Origin: Escherichia coli
Lineage (GTDB): Bacteria > Pseudomonadota > Gammaproteobacteria > Enterobacterales > Enterobacteriaceae
NCBI RefSeq assembly: GCF_048403405.1
Contig: NZ_CP183129.1
Length of the DNA: 64,000 bases
Direction: 5' to 3' (one strand)
Each line of letters starts with the position of its first letter. The first letter of the stretch is position 1. The notes beneath the pieces were generated by a model. The model had not been told where the DNA came from. It was given only the letters and a program-made list of their open reading frames with translations, and ran no database searches. Shown here piece by piece: positions 13,698-27,177 of the stretch. The position numbers and the translations under genes were made by a program.

Positions 13698-14198
13698 CTA
13701 CTGGGAACGTGAGTTGCTACTACTCAATAGCTTCAACGATGAACTTTTTTGCCATTGCGTCACGTCGCGCAACTGCTCCATTCGTTGTTGATGTTTCTCG
13801 TTTAAAACCGCTTGCTGCTCCGGCGTTAACAGGCGATACATTTGGTTGCGGACTTTTGCCATCTCAACCTGACGAGCAATTTGCTCATTCGCCATTTTTT
13901 CTGCCTGCGCGCGCACAGCGTTTTCATCAAAATTTTCTGCGGTGACAAGGCGATGCATTGTCTCCAGTTCGCTAACATTAACAGGAGGCTGTTCGTGCCG
14001 GGCCTGTTGCATAAGATCTCGCATCTGCTGACGCTGATGTTCGGTTAAACTTATGCCGTCGAACATATGGCTCTGCGTACTGCGCTGCGTAAGTTCTTCA
14101 CCCGGATGCCAGTTATCGCCTGAACCGACTTCAGCAGCGTGGCTTAATGAACTGACTGCCAGCGTTGAGGCCATGACGGCAGCGGTAACTATGCGCAT
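13698..14198 (-). CDS. cpxP: Periplasmic Cpx pathway inhibitor/adaptor CpxP
   Basis: The 166-aa protein begins [36 protein letters not shown]. It is divergent from cpxRA. Confidence 0.95.
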
Positions 14199-14277
14199 CA
14201 TTTGCTCCCAAAATCTTTCTGTCGCGATTCAACGATAGAGAGTTTACGATTCAGGCTGCAAACATGCGTCAGGGGGT

Positions 14278-14292
14278 GTAAAACAACGTAAA
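14278..14292. promoter_or_regulatory. CpxR~P binding box in the cpxP/cpxRA divergent promoter region
   Basis: gtaaa-acaac-gtaaa is an exact match to the GTAAA(N5)GTAAA consensus. Confidence 0.85.
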
Positions 14293-14347
14293 GTCATGGA
14301 TTAGCGACGTCTGATGACGTAATTTCTGCCTCGGAGGTATTTAAACA

Positions 14348-15046
14348 ATGAATAAAATCCTGTTAGTTGATGATGACCGAGAGCTGACTTCCCTATTAAA
14401 GGAGCTGCTCGAGATGGAAGGCTTCAACGTGATTGTTGCCCACGATGGGGAACAGGCGCTTGATCTTCTGGACGACAGCATTGATTTACTTTTGCTTGAT
14501 GTAATGATGCCGAAGAAAAATGGTATCGACACATTAAAAGCACTTCGCCAGACACACCAGACGCCTGTCATTATGTTGACGGCGCGCGGCAGTGAACTTG
14601 ATCGCGTTCTCGGCCTTGAGCTGGGCGCAGATGACTATCTCCCGAAACCGTTTAATGATCGTGAGCTGGTGGCACGTATTCGCGCGATCCTGCGCCGTTC
14701 GCACTGGAGCGAGCAACAGCAAAACAACGACAACGGTTCACCGACACTGGAAGTTGATGCCTTAGTGCTGAATCCAGGCCGTCAGGAAGCCAGCTTCGAC
14801 GGGCAAACGCTGGAGTTAACCGGCACTGAGTTTACCCTGCTCTATTTGCTGGCACAGCATCTGGGTCAGGTAGTTTCCCGTGAACATTTAAGCCAGGAAG
14901 TGCTGGGCAAACGCCTGACGCCTTTCGACCGCGCTATTGATATGCACATTTCCAACCTGCGTCGTAAACTGCCGGATCGTAAAGATGGTCACCCGTGGTT
15001 TAAAACCTTGCGTGGTCGCGGCTATCTGATGGTTTCTGCTTCATGA
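14348..15046 (+). CDS. cpxR: Envelope stress response regulator (OmpR family)
   Basis: The protein is 232 aa (MNKILLVDDDRELTSLLKELLEMEGF...). It has a receiver domain plus a winged-helix domain. Confidence 0.97.
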   Translation: MNKILLVDDDRELTSLLKELLEMEGFNVIVAHDGEQALDLLDDSIDLLLLDVMMPKKNGIDTLKALRQTHQTPVIMLTARGSELDRVLGLELGADDYLPKPFNDRELVARIRAILRRSHWSEQQQNNDNGSPTLEVDALVLNPGRQEASFDGQTLELTGTEFTLLYLLAQHLGQVVSREHLSQEVLGKRLTPFDRAIDMHISNLRRKLPDRKDGHPWFKTLRGRGYLMVSAS

Positions 15047-16416
15047 TAGGCAGCTTAACCGCGCGCATCTTCGCCATCTTCTGGCTGACGCTGGCGCTGG
15101 TGTTGATGTTGGTTTTGATGTTACCCAAGCTCGATTCACGCCAGATGACCGAGCTTCTGGATAGCGAACAGCGTCAGGGTCTGATGATTGAGCAGCATGT
15201 CGAAGCGGAGCTGGCGAACGATCCGCCCAATGATTTAATGTGGTGGCGGCGTCTGTTCCGGGCGATTGATAAGTGGGCACCGCCAGGACAGCGTTTGTTA
15301 TTGGTGACCACCGAAGGCCGCGTGATCGGCGCTGAACGCAGCGAAATGCAGATCATTCGTAACTTTATTGGTCAGGCCGATAACGCCGATCATCCGCAGA
15401 AGAAAAAGTATGGACGCGTGGAACTGGTCGGTCCGTTCTCCGTGCGTGATGGCGAAGATAATTACCAACTTTATCTGATTCGTCCGGCCAGCAGTTCTCA
15501 ATCCGATTTCATTAACTTACTGTTTGACCGCCCGCTATTACTGCTGATTGTCACCATGTTGGTCAGTACGCCGCTGCTGTTGTGGTTGGCCTGGAGTCTG
15601 GCAAAACCGGCGCGTAAGCTGAAAAACGCGGCCGATGAAGTTGCCCAGGGAAACTTACGTCAGCACCCGGAACTGGAAGCGGGGCCACAGGAATTCCTTG
15701 CCGCAGGTGCCAGTTTTAACCAGATGGTCACCGCGCTGGAGCGCATGATGACCTCTCAGCAGCGTCTACTTTCTGATATCTCTCACGAACTGCGCACCCC
15801 GCTGACGCGTCTGCAACTGGGTACGGCGTTACTGCGCCGTCGTAGCGGTGAAAGCAAGGAACTGGAGCGTATTGAAACCGAAGCGCAACGTCTGGACAGC
15901 ATGATCAACGATCTGTTGGTGATGTCACGTAATCAGCAGAAAAATGCGCTGGTTAGCGAGACCATCAAAGCCAACCAGTTGTGGAGTGAAGTGCTGGATA
16001 ACGCGGCGTTCGAAGCCGAGCAGATGGGCAAGTCGTTGACGGTTAACTTCCCGCCTGGGCCGTGGCCGCTGTACGGCAATCCGAACGCCCTGGAAAGTGC
16101 GCTGGAAAACATTGTTCGTAATGCTCTGCGTTATTCCCATACGAAGATTGAAGTGGGCTTTGCGGTAGATAAAGACGGTATCACCATTACGGTGGACGAC
16201 GATGGTCCTGGCGTTAGCCCGGAAGATCGCGAACAGATTTTCCGTCCGTTCTATCGGACCGATGAAGCACGCGATCGTGAATCTGGCGGTACAGGTTTGG
16301 GGCTGGCGATTGTTGAAACCGCCATTCAGCAGCATCGTGGCTGGGTTAAAGCGGAAGACAGCCCGCTGGGCGGTTTACGGCTGGTGATTTGGTTGCCGCT
16401 GTATAAGCGGAGTTAA
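15043..16416 (+). CDS. cpxA: Envelope stress sensor histidine kinase
   Basis: The 457-aa protein has the H-box SDISHELRTPLTRL and a 4-nt ATGA overlap with cpxR. Confidence 0.97.
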   Translation: MIGSLTARIFAIFWLTLALVLMLVLMLPKLDSRQMTELLDSEQRQGLMIEQHVEAELANDPPNDLMWWRRLFRAIDKWAPPGQRLLLVTTEGRVIGAERSEMQIIRNFIGQADNADHPQKKKYGRVELVGPFSVRDGEDNYQLYLIRPASSSQSDFINLLFDRPLLLLIVTMLVSTPLLLWLAWSLAKPARKLKNAADEVAQGNLRQHPELEAGPQEFLAAGASFNQMVTALERMMTSQQRLLSDISHELRTPLTRLQLGTALLRRRSGESKELERIETEAQRLDSMINDLLVMSRNQQKNALVSETIKANQLWSEVLDNAAFEAEQMGKSLTVNFPPGPWPLYGNPNALESALENIVRNALRYSHTKIEVGFAVDKDGITITVDDDGPGVSPEDREQIFRPFYRTDEARDRESGGTGLGLAIVETAIQQHRGWVKAEDSPLGGLRLVIWLPLYKRS

Positions 16417-16477
16417 ACTCGGCGCAGAGCCGTCCCCTTCGGGGTGAAGACAACAGGTCAGCACTGTGCGAACTGAT

Positions 16478-16600
16478 ACCCTCACCCCGGCCCTCTCCCT
16501 GAAAGGGCGAGGGGGAAAAACGTAGCCCTGTTCAGCAACGGAGCTGAGCACCGCTCCGGACAGTCCCCTCGCCCCTCTGGGGAGAGGGTTAGGGTGAGGG
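16478..16600. repeat. Pair of about 37-bp GC-rich repeat units in inverted orientation (boxC-like intergenic repeat; family name uncertain)
   Basis: Unit 1 (16478-16514) is ccctcaccccggccctctccctgaaagggcgagggg. The reverse complement of unit 2 (16564-16600) is ccctcaccctaaccctctccccagaggggcgagggg. They match at about 29/36 positions by eye. Confidence 0.7.
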
Positions 16601-16671
16601 GAAAAATTCAGCACAATGCAAACGGCACTGCTCTCACCGGAAACCATGCCAGATTTCGTATTAAGGCAGAC

Positions 16672-17346
16672 TTATTTTCCCCACAACCGGCGGGAAAAAT
16701 CTTCGATCTTGCCGCTCAGTCGGCGCTTTTGCATCGTCCGCGTCCAGCTTTTCGATAACCCGGCGGCGGAGAGTAAACGGTGATACTGCTCGTCATCAAA
16801 CGGCATATGCCATGCGATGGCGGCAGCCTCCTGCACGGTCACATCACTGACACGGGAAACCAACTCCAGCGGCGCATCAGCAGATACCAACCCTGGCGCA
16901 ATCACGCTATACAACCACCCCACTTTACCCGTGTTTTGCATCAACTGCGCTATATCGCTGATATCAAAATGGTAATTGAGTTTATAGCAAGGTGAGCGTG
17001 GCTGGCTGACCTGAATTAATGCCTCTCCCCAGCGGAAAATATCGCCAATATAAACATTACTTTCCGTCAGACCGTCGGTTGAGAGATTTTCGCCAAACGC
17101 AGGCGCAACAAACAACTCCGCCTGTTCCGGAAATTCCCGCGCCCAGTAGAGATAGTGCTCACGAGGATAATGACACAGCGCTCTGTCTGGCCCGCCGTGA
17201 ACCTTTTTCTCCGCCTGCTCGTCACCTTCCAGCCCCAGCTCCGTCAGCATCAACTCACCATCAACCTGGATTTTAGCAATTGCGCTGGGTTTGCCTTCGG
17301 GATAAGCCTGAATCTTGCCTGTGTATACATCAACCGGATATCGCAT
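16672..17346 (-). CDS. yiiM: MOSC-domain protein YiiM (N-hydroxylated base analogue detoxification)
   Basis: The 224-aa protein begins MRYPVDVYTGKIQAYPEGKPSAIAKIQV. It was trimmed from ORF start 17376. Confidence 0.9.
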   Translation of the reverse strand: MRYPVDVYTGKIQAYPEGKPSAIAKIQVDGELMLTELGLEGDEQAEKKVHGGPDRALCHYPREHYLYWAREFPEQAELFVAPAFGENLSTDGLTESNVYIGDIFRWGEALIQVSQPRSPCYKLNYHFDISDIAQLMQNTGKVGWLYSVIAPGLVSADAPLELVSRVSDVTVQEAAAIAWHMPFDDEQYHRLLSAAGLSKSWTRTMQKRRLSGKIEDFSRRLWGK

Positions 17347-17494
17347 CTGTTCCCTCTCCACGAGAAATTTCCCCATTAGACCATATTTATTTTATGTCAG
17401 GCGTGCTGTTTTCGCGGTAAGTATCCAGGCAGGAACTCAATAGCAAACCGGACGAACGTTAGTTCATCCGGCTGTGGGGATTAAGGAAGCAGGT

Positions 17495-18439
17495 TTATTT
17501 CACCGTACCTAAAATTTCGATTTTCGCTGCTCTGGCTTTGACTTTACGTGACCAGATAGAGGTAAGAATTGGCACCAGAATCGAAGTCACAATGACCGCC
17601 GTCGCGACCAGCGAAGTTGCTGCCGGAGCCATCGGTTTAAACGCAGGCACCATTTCTGCAATCAGCACAGGTGTCGCTACCGCGGCCCCTGCGGAACTGG
17701 AAGCGGCAATTCCGGCAGTGCCATCGCCACCGCCAATCAATTTATCGGCGATAATCAACGGAATACCGGTCACGATAATTACTGCCACACCCAACAGGAT
17801 CCCCAGCAAACCTGTCTGGGCAATTACAGTCAAATCAATGGTATTGCCCAGCGCGAAGGCAAAGAATGGAATCAGCGTCTGCACCGCTTTGCTGAAAAAT
17901 TCTCGTAATTCAGGGTCAAGGTTCCCAAGGGCAAAGCCCACCAGGAACGGTAATACTGCGCCGACGAAAACATGCGGTTCAAACGAGGCAATCCCGGCAG
18001 TGCCCAGAATAATCATCGTCATGAGCGGCCCGGACTCCAATGACATCAACACAAATGCCCCAGCTTCTTCTTTTGTGCCGTACTGCTGCATGATGGAAGC
18101 GTAAAGTCCGCCGTTGGTCATATCCATCGCCGCCACCAGCGCCAGCGTTGAAAGTCCGGCAAAGAATCCAACTTCAACACCATGTTCCGGAATAATGCGC
18201 GAGGCAATTGCCGCAACCACCCACGCGACGGCAATTTTTGTTACCACCAGCGTACCGGATTTACGCAATACCGTTCCCGTCGCGCTTAATTGTATTGACG
18301 CCCCCATGCAAAAAAACCACACCGCCAGAATGGGCACCGTACCGGTAATCATCCCGTTGGTGAATGATCCAAAATATTTCCCCGCCTCCGGCGAGAAGGT
18401 GTGGCACAGTGCGCCAAGGAATAGCGGGACGAGCATCAT
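17495..18439 (-). CDS. kdgT: 2-keto-3-deoxygluconate permease; the N-terminus is disrupted or shortened (see findings)
   Basis: The 314-aa ORF begins [15 protein letters not shown]... An SD-preceded ATG at 18477 opens [13 protein letters not shown] in another frame, 38 nt upstream. Confidence 0.85.
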   Translation of the reverse strand: MMLVPLFLGALCHTFSPEAGKYFGSFTNGMITGTVPILAVWFFCMGASIQLSATGTVLRKSGTLVVTKIAVAWVVAAIASRIIPEHGVEVGFFAGLSTLALVAAMDMTNGGLYASIMQQYGTKEEAGAFVLMSLESGPLMTMIILGTAGIASFEPHVFVGAVLPFLVGFALGNLDPELREFFSKAVQTLIPFFAFALGNTIDLTVIAQTGLLGILLGVAVIIVTGIPLIIADKLIGGGDGTAGIAASSSAGAAVATPVLIAEMVPAFKPMAPAATSLVATAVIVTSILVPILTSIWSRKVKARAAKIEILGTVK

Positions 18440-18596
18440 CCCCCCGGGATTTTCTCAATCGAGCGTTTTATCTGCATTTCCATCACCTGTCGGCATATTT
18501 TTAAGGGCTGATGCGTAATTCCTCAATGGAGCATCAGTGTTGATGGAAACGAAGATAGACATTCATTTAATCAATAAAAGTGATCAAAACCACATC

Positions 18597-18617
18597 AATT
18601 GAAACACTGTTTTATTT
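18597..18617. promoter_or_regulatory. KdgR-operator-like palindrome upstream of kdgT
   Basis: aattgaaacactgttttattt resembles the KdgR box AATGAAACAnTGTTTCATT. This was read by eye. Confidence 0.5.
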
Positions 18618-18661
18618 TTATCGGATCATTGTTTTTATTTTGAAATTGATCACAAATAAAT

Positions 18662-19363
18662 ATCCTCCGGCATAGCCGGAGGTTTTTCAAATGCGCCTAT
18701 AAGGCTCTCTTACCAGCCGCGCCCTAACAGGCGCACACGATCTGACATTTGCATCCAACTTCGTTACTTACGGCCCGTAAACGGGCTGCCCGGATAGGGA
18801 ATCGATAACTGCTCTCCCATTTTATCCTCTTCAAGCTGGTGCTTTATGTAATCCTGTATCTTCGCCGTGTTCTTACCCACCGTATCGACGTAGTACCCTC
18901 TGCACCAGAACTCCCTGTTCCTGTATTTGAATTTCAAATCACCAAACTGCTCGTAAAGCATCAGACTGCTTTTCCCTTTCAGATATCCCATAAAGCCGGA
19001 TACGCTCATTTTGGGCGGGATCTCCACAAGCATATGGATATGATCTGCACAGCATTCAGCTTCCAGAATCCGTACACTTTTCCACTCACACAGCTTTCTC
19101 AAAATACTGCCTATTGCTCTACGCTTCTCTCTGTAGAACACCTGTCTTCGGTATTTTGGCGCAAAAACTATGTGATATTTACAGTTCCATCGGGTGTGCG
19201 CTAAGCTCTTTTCGTTCCCCATTGGGACCCCCTTTTGATTTCTTGTTTGACACTTGCAGTTGCCAGACCGCAAGGTGTTTTAACAAATCAAAAGGGGTTT
19301 TAATAACTGGCTTAAAGCTGAAAGCTTTCCGGAACCCCCAGCCTAGCTGGGGGTTTTCTGTGC
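18662..19363 (-). mobile_element. IS200 (IS200/IS605 family) insertion sequence, about 0.7 kb; ends are approximate (+/-10 bp)
   Basis: The element contains a Y1 transposase gene. The 5' terminator-like hairpin is aaccccca-gcctagc-tgggggtt (19333-19355). A long stem (about 19224-19295) sequesters the RBS. A 3' subterminal hairpin is cctccggc-ata-gccggagg (18664-18682). There are no terminal inverted repeats, as expected for this family. Confidence 0.85.
18764..19222 (-). CDS. tnpA: IS200 TnpA, HUH/Y1 single-strand transposase
   Basis: The 152-aa protein (MGNEKSLAHTRWNCKYHIVFAPKYRRQ...) has the HUH motif HIHMLV and the catalytic-Tyr region RGYYVDTVG. It was trimmed from ORF start 19273. Confidence 0.93.
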   Translation of the reverse strand: MGNEKSLAHTRWNCKYHIVFAPKYRRQVFYREKRRAIGSILRKLCEWKSVRILEAECCADHIHMLVEIPPKMSVSGFMGYLKGKSSLMLYEQFGDLKFKYRNREFWCRGYYVDTVGKNTAKIQDYIKHQLEEDKMGEQLSIPYPGSPFTGRK

Positions 19364-19396
19364 ACAACAAAAAAACCACCGCCGTTGGCGATGGTT
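19364..19396 (-). terminator. sodA intrinsic terminator
   Basis: The minus-strand sequence is aaccatcgcc-aac-ggcggtggtt followed by T7-8. It lies about 55 nt after the sodA stop. Confidence 0.8.
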
Positions 19397-19451
19397 CATT
19401 TTTTAAGCTGATATGCGGCGTAAACGCCTCATTGCAGCAGGCGGCAAATGA

Positions 19452-20072
19452 TTATTTTTTCGCCGCGAAACGTGCCGCTGCTTCGTCCCAGTTCACCACG
19501 TTCCAGAACTCTTTGATGTAGTCAGGACGGCGGTTCTGGAATTTCAGGTAGTAAGCATGTTCCCACACATCCAGGCCCAGAATCGGGAAGCCGGAAGCGC
19601 CAGAAATAGCTTCACCCATCAGCGGGGAGTCCTGGTTAGCAGTAGAAACCACCGCCAGTTTATCGCCTTTCAGCACCAGCCATGCCCAGCCGGAACCAAA
19701 GCGGGAAGCTGCCGCTTTTTCAAATTCTGCTTTGAAGTTATCAACGGAGCCGAAGTCACGTTCGATAGCCGCTTTCAGGTCACCCTGCAGGGTGGTGCCT
19801 TTTTTCAGACCTTTCCAGAACAGGCTGTGGTTAGCGTGACCGCCAGCGTTGTTGCGCAGTACGGTTTTCTTGTCTGCTGGCAGCTGGTCCAGTTTGGTGA
19901 TCAGCTCTTCAACCGGCAGGTTGGCAAATTCTGGCAGGCTTTCCAGCGCCGCGTTGGCGTTGTTGACGTAGGTCTGATGGTGTTTGGTGTGGTGGATTTC
20001 CATGGTCTGCTTATCGAAGTGCGGTTCCAGGGCATCGTAAGCATACGGCAGGGATGGCAGGGTATAACTCAT
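19452..20072 (-). CDS. sodA: Manganese superoxide dismutase
   Basis: The protein is 206 aa and begins [36 protein letters not shown]. It also contains the DVWEHAYY motif. Confidence 0.98.
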   Translation of the reverse strand: MSYTLPSLPYAYDALEPHFDKQTMEIHHTKHHQTYVNNANAALESLPEFANLPVEELITKLDQLPADKKTVLRNNAGGHANHSLFWKGLKKGTTLQGDLKAAIERDFGSVDNFKAEFEKAAASRFGSGWAWLVLKGDKLAVVSTANQDSPLMGEAISGASGFPILGLDVWEHAYYLKFQNRRPDYIKEFWNVVNWDEAAARFAAKK

Positions 20073-20146
20073 ATTCATCTCCAGTGTTGTCGGGCGGCCG
20101 ATTGTTAATGCCGCGTAAGCAGTTGGTTCATTATAGTTAATTAAAT

Positions 20147-20165
20147 GATATTGAAAATGATTATC
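20147..20165. promoter_or_regulatory. Fur box in the sodA promoter
   Basis: gatattgaaaatgattatc matches the consensus GATAATGATAATCATTATC at 16/19 positions. Confidence 0.75.
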
Positions 20166-20356
20166 AATGCCGTACTTTTCGTAAGGGTATGGTTTTGCAG
20201 GAAAATGCCCGAGATGTGAAGCAAATCACCCACTTAATGCCGTGATTGCCAGTAAATCGACAACGGCGGCAACAGGCGAAAGGTTAATCGACAGCACGAT
20301 TTTTACACTCATCTCGTCGGAGATGTGACGCGACGAAAAATGATGAGGATAAGAAG

Positions 20357-21391
20357 ATGAGTAACGCGATTACGATGGGGATATTTTGGCATTTGATCGG
20401 CGCGGCCAGTGCAGCCTGTTTTTACGCTCCGTTCAAAAAAGTAAAAAAATGGTCATGGGAAACCATGTGGTCAGTTGGTGGGATTGTTTCGTGGATTATT
20501 CTGCCGTGGGCCATCAGCGCCCTGTTACTACCGAATTTCTGGGCGTATTACAGCTCGTTTAGTCTCTCTACGCTGCTGCCTGTTTTTCTGTTCGGCGCAA
20601 TGTGGGGGATTGGTAATATCAACTACGGCCTGACCATGCGTTATCTCGGCATGTCGATGGGGATTGGTATCGCCATTGGTATCACGTTGATTGTTGGTAC
20701 GCTGATGACGCCAATTATCAACGGCAATTTCGATGTGTTGATCAATACCGAAGGTGGACGCATGACATTGCTCGGCGTTCTGGTGGCGCTGATTGGTGTA
20801 GGGATTGTGACTCGCGCCGGGCAGTTGAAAGAGCGCAAGATGGGCATTAAAGCCGAAGAGTTCAACCTGAAAAAAGGGCTGGTGCTGGCGGTGATGTGCG
20901 GCATTTTCTCTGCCGGAATGTCCTTTGCGATGAACGCCGCAAAACCGATGCATGAAGCCGCTGCCGCACTGGGCGTCGATCCACTGTATGTCGCTCTGCC
21001 AAGCTATGTTGTCATCATGGGCGGCGGCGCGATCATTAACCTCGGTTTCTGCTTCATTCGTCTGGCAAAAGTGAAGGATTTGTCGCTAAAAGCCGACTTC
21101 TCGCTGGCAAAACCGCTGATCATTCACAATGTGTTACTCTCAGCACTGGGCGGGTTGATGTGGTATCTGCAATTCTTTTTCTATGCCTGGGGCCACGCGC
21201 GTATTCCGGCGCAGTATGACTACATCAGCTGGATGCTGCATATGAGCTTCTATGTATTGTGCGGCGGTATCGTCGGGCTGGTGCTCAAAGAGTGGAACAA
21301 TGCAGGTCGCCGTCCGGTAACGGTGTTGAGCCTCGGTTGTGTAGTGATTATTGTCGCCGCCAACATCGTCGGCATGGGCATGGCGAATTAA
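20357..21391 (+). CDS. rhaT: L-rhamnose:H+ symporter
   Basis: The 344-aa polytopic protein begins [29 protein letters not shown]. Confidence 0.95.
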   Translation: MSNAITMGIFWHLIGAASAACFYAPFKKVKKWSWETMWSVGGIVSWIILPWAISALLLPNFWAYYSSFSLSTLLPVFLFGAMWGIGNINYGLTMRYLGMSMGIGIAIGITLIVGTLMTPIINGNFDVLINTEGGRMTLLGVLVALIGVGIVTRAGQLKERKMGIKAEEFNLKKGLVLAVMCGIFSAGMSFAMNAAKPMHEAAAALGVDPLYVALPSYVVIMGGGAIINLGFCFIRLAKVKDLSLKADFSLAKPLIIHNVLLSALGGLMWYLQFFFYAWGHARIPAQYDYISWMLHMSFYVLCGGIVGLVLKEWNNAGRRPVTVLSLGCVVIIVAANIVGMGMAN

Positions 21392-22236
21392 TCTTTCTGC
21401 GAATTGAGATGACGCCACTGGCTGGGCGTCATCCCGGTTTCCCGGGTAAACACCACCGAAAAATAGTTACTATCTTCAAAGCCACATTCGGTTGAAATAT
21501 CACTGATTAACAGGCGGCTATGCTGGAGAAGATATTGCGCATGACACACTCTGACCTGCCGCAGATATTGATTGATGGTCATGCCAGTCTGCTGGCGAAA
21601 TTGCTGACGCAAAACGCGCTCACTGCACGATGCCTCATCACAAAATTTATCCAGCGCAAAGGGACTTTTCAGGCTGGCCGCCAGCCGGGTAATCAGCTTA
21701 TCCAGCAACGTTTCGCTGGATGTTGGCGGCAACGAATCGCTGGTGTAACGATGGCGATTCAGCAACATCACCAACTGCCCGAACAGCAACTCTGCCATTT
21801 CGTTAGCAAACGGCACATGCTGACTACTTTCATGCTCAAGTTGACCGATAACCTGCCGCGCCTGCGCCATCCCCACGCTACCTAAGCGCCAGTGTGGCTG
21901 CCCTGCGCTGGCACTAAATCCCGGAATCGCCCCCTGCCAGTCAAGATTCAGCTTCAGCCGCTCCGGGCAATAAATAATATTCTGCAAAACCAGATCGTTA
22001 ACGGAAGCGTAGGAGTGTTTATCGTCAGCATGAATGTAAAAGAGATCGCCACGGGTAATGCGATAAGGGCGATCGTTGAGTACATGCAGACCATTACCGC
22101 GCCAGACAATCACCAGCTCACAAAAATCATGTGTATGTTCGGCAAAGACATCTTGCGGATAACGGTCAGCCACAGCGACTGCCTGCTGGTCGCTGGCAAA
22201 AAAATCATCTTTGAGAAGTTTTAACTGATGCGCCAC
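21388..22236 (-). CDS. rhaR: AraC-family L-rhamnose regulator RhaR (GTG start)
   Basis: The protein is 282 aa, counted from the GTG at 22236 ((V)[21 protein letters not shown]...). The longer ORF-track version (start 22347) would overlap rhaS. Confidence 0.9.
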   Translation of the reverse strand: MAHQLKLLKDDFFASDQQAVAVADRYPQDVFAEHTHDFCELVIVWRGNGLHVLNDRPYRITRGDLFYIHADDKHSYASVNDLVLQNIIYCPERLKLNLDWQGAIPGFSASAGQPHWRLGSVGMAQARQVIGQLEHESSQHVPFANEMAELLFGQLVMLLNRHRYTSDSLPPTSSETLLDKLITRLAASLKSPFALDKFCDEASCSERVLRQQFRQQTGMTINQYLRQVRVCHAQYLLQHSRLLISDISTECGFEDSNYFSVVFTRETGMTPSQWRHLNSQKD

Positions 22237-22309
22237 CGTGGCTACCTCGGCCAGAGAACGAAGTTGATTATTCGCAATATGGCGTACAAATACGTTGAGA
22301 AGATTCGCG

Positions 22310-23146
22310 TTATTGCAGAAAACCATCCCGTCCCTGACGAATATCACGCGGTGACCAGTTAAACTCTCGGCGAAAAAGCGTCGAAAAGTGGTTACTGTCG
22401 CTGAATCCGCAGCGATAGGCGATGTCAGTAACGCTGGCCTCGCTGTGGCGTAGCAGATGTCGGGCTTTCATCAGTCGCAGGCGGTTCAGGTAACGCTGAG
22501 GCGTCAGTCCCGTTTTCTGCTTAAGCTGCCGATGTAGCGTACGCAGCGAAAGAGAAAATTGATCCGCCACGGCATCCCAATTTACCTCATCGGCAAAATG
22601 GTCCTCCAGCCAGGCCAGAAGCAAGTTGAGACGTGACGCGCTGTTTTCCAGGTTCTCCTGCAAACTGCTTTTACGCAGCAAGAGCAGTAATTGCATAAAT
22701 AAGATCTCGCGACTGGCGGTCGAGGGTAAATCATTTTCCTCTTCCTGCTGTTCCATCTGTGCAACCAGCTGTCGCACCTGCTGCAACACGCTGTGGTTAA
22801 CGCGCCAGTGAGACGGATACTGCCCATCCAGCTCTTGTGGCAGCAACTGATTCAGCCCGGCGAGAAACTGAAATCGATCCGGCGAGCGATACAGCACATT
22901 GGTCAGACACAGATTATCGGTATGTTCATACAGATGCCGATCATGATCGCGTACGAAACAGACCGTGCCACCGGTGATGGTATAGGGCTGCCCATTAAAC
23001 ACATGAATACCCGTGCCATGTTCGACAATCACAATTTCATGAAAATCATGATGATGTTCAGGAAAATCCGCCTGCGGGAGCCGGGGTTCTATCGCCACGG
23101 ACGCGTTACCAGACGGAAAAAAATCCACACTATGTAATACGGTCAT
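22310..23146 (-). CDS. rhaS: AraC-family activator of rhaBAD/rhaT
   Basis: The protein is 278 aa and begins [39 protein letters not shown]. Confidence 0.95.
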   Translation of the reverse strand: MTVLHSVDFFPSGNASVAIEPRLPQADFPEHHHDFHEIVIVEHGTGIHVFNGQPYTITGGTVCFVRDHDRHLYEHTDNLCLTNVLYRSPDRFQFLAGLNQLLPQELDGQYPSHWRVNHSVLQQVRQLVAQMEQQEEENDLPSTASREILFMQLLLLLRKSSLQENLENSASRLNLLLAWLEDHFADEVNWDAVADQFSLSLRTLHRQLKQKTGLTPQRYLNRLRLMKARHLLRHSEASVTDIAYRCGFSDSNHFSTLFRREFNWSPRDIRQGRDGFLQ

Positions 23147-26159
<3,013 letters not shown>

Positions 26160-26164
26160 ACACT

Positions 26165-26290
26165 GCCTGATGCGGCGCAAGCGCCTTATCCGGCCTACGG
26201 GTCGGCAATAGTTGTAGGCCTGATAAGACGCGACAGCGTCGCATCAGGCATTGATTGCCGGATGCGGCACGAGTGCCTTATCCGGCCTAC
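26165..26290. repeat. BIME with three REP units in the rhaA-rhaD spacer
   Basis: The three REP units are gcctgatgcggcgcaagcgccttatccggcctac, gtaggcctgataagacgcgacagcgtcgcatcaggca and tgccggatgcggcacgagtgccttatccggcctac. Confidence 0.85.
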
Positions 26291-26343
26291 AGATCGTATA
26301 TCCGGCAACAGGCACGGACGTCCAATTAACAGGAACACAGAAC

Positions 26344-27168
26344 ATGCAAAACATTACCCAGTCCTGGTTTGTCCAGGGAATGATCAAAGCCACCACCGAC
26401 GCCTGGCTGAAAGGCTGGGACGAGCGCAATGGTGGTAACCTGACGCTGCGCCTGGATGACGCCGATATCGCGCCTTATCACGGCAACTTTCATGCACAAC
26501 CGCGCTATATCCCGCTCAGCCAGCCCATGCCTTTACTGGCAAATACACCGTTTATTGTCACCGGCTCCGGCAAATTCTTCCGCAACGTCCAGCTTGATCC
26601 TGCGGCTAACTTAGGCGTCGTAAAAGTCGACAGCGACGGCGCGGGCTACCACATTCTCTGGGGGCTAACTCACGAAGCCGTTCCAACCTCTGAACTTCCG
26701 GCGCACTTCCTCTCTCATTGCGAACGCATTAAAGCCACCAACGGTAAAGATCGGGTGATCATGCACTGCCATGCCACCAACCTGATCGCCCTTACCTACG
26801 TACTGGAAAACGACACCGCGGTCTTCACTCGCCAACTGTGGGAAGGCAGCACCGAATGTCTGGTAGTGTTCCCGGATGGCGTCGGCATTTTGCCGTGGAT
26901 GGTGCCCGGCACCGACGAAATCGGCCAGGCGACCGCACAGGAAATGCAAAAACATTCGCTGGTGTTGTGGCCCTTCCACGGCGTCTTCGGCAGCGGTCCG
27001 ACACTGGATGAAACATTCGGTTTAATCGACACCGCAGAAAAATCAGCACAAGTATTAGTGAAGGCTTATTCGATGGGCGGCATGAAACAGACCATCAGCC
27101 GTGAAGAGCTGATAGCGCTCGGCCAGCGTTTCGGCGTTACACCACTCGCCAGTGCGCTGGCGCTGTAA
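26344..27168 (+). CDS. rhaD: Rhamnulose-1-phosphate aldolase
   Basis: The 274-aa protein begins [37 protein letters not shown]-track start 26251 reads through the REPs and was rejected. Confidence 0.95.
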   Translation: MQNITQSWFVQGMIKATTDAWLKGWDERNGGNLTLRLDDADIAPYHGNFHAQPRYIPLSQPMPLLANTPFIVTGSGKFFRNVQLDPAANLGVVKVDSDGAGYHILWGLTHEAVPTSELPAHFLSHCERIKATNGKDRVIMHCHATNLIALTYVLENDTAVFTRQLWEGSTECLVVFPDGVGILPWMVPGTDEIGQATAQEMQKHSLVLWPFHGVFGSGPTLDETFGLIDTAEKSAQVLVKAYSMGGMKQTISREELIALGQRFGVTPLASALAL

Positions 27169-27177
27169 GGAGCAAAC

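Noticed and set aside
16375-16647. A 90-codon ORF (..HPNPLPRGARGLSG..) downstream of cpxA.
   Set aside because: It is a translation of the GC-rich inverted repeat pair. It has no RBS and overlaps the cpxA stop. It is a typical spurious call.
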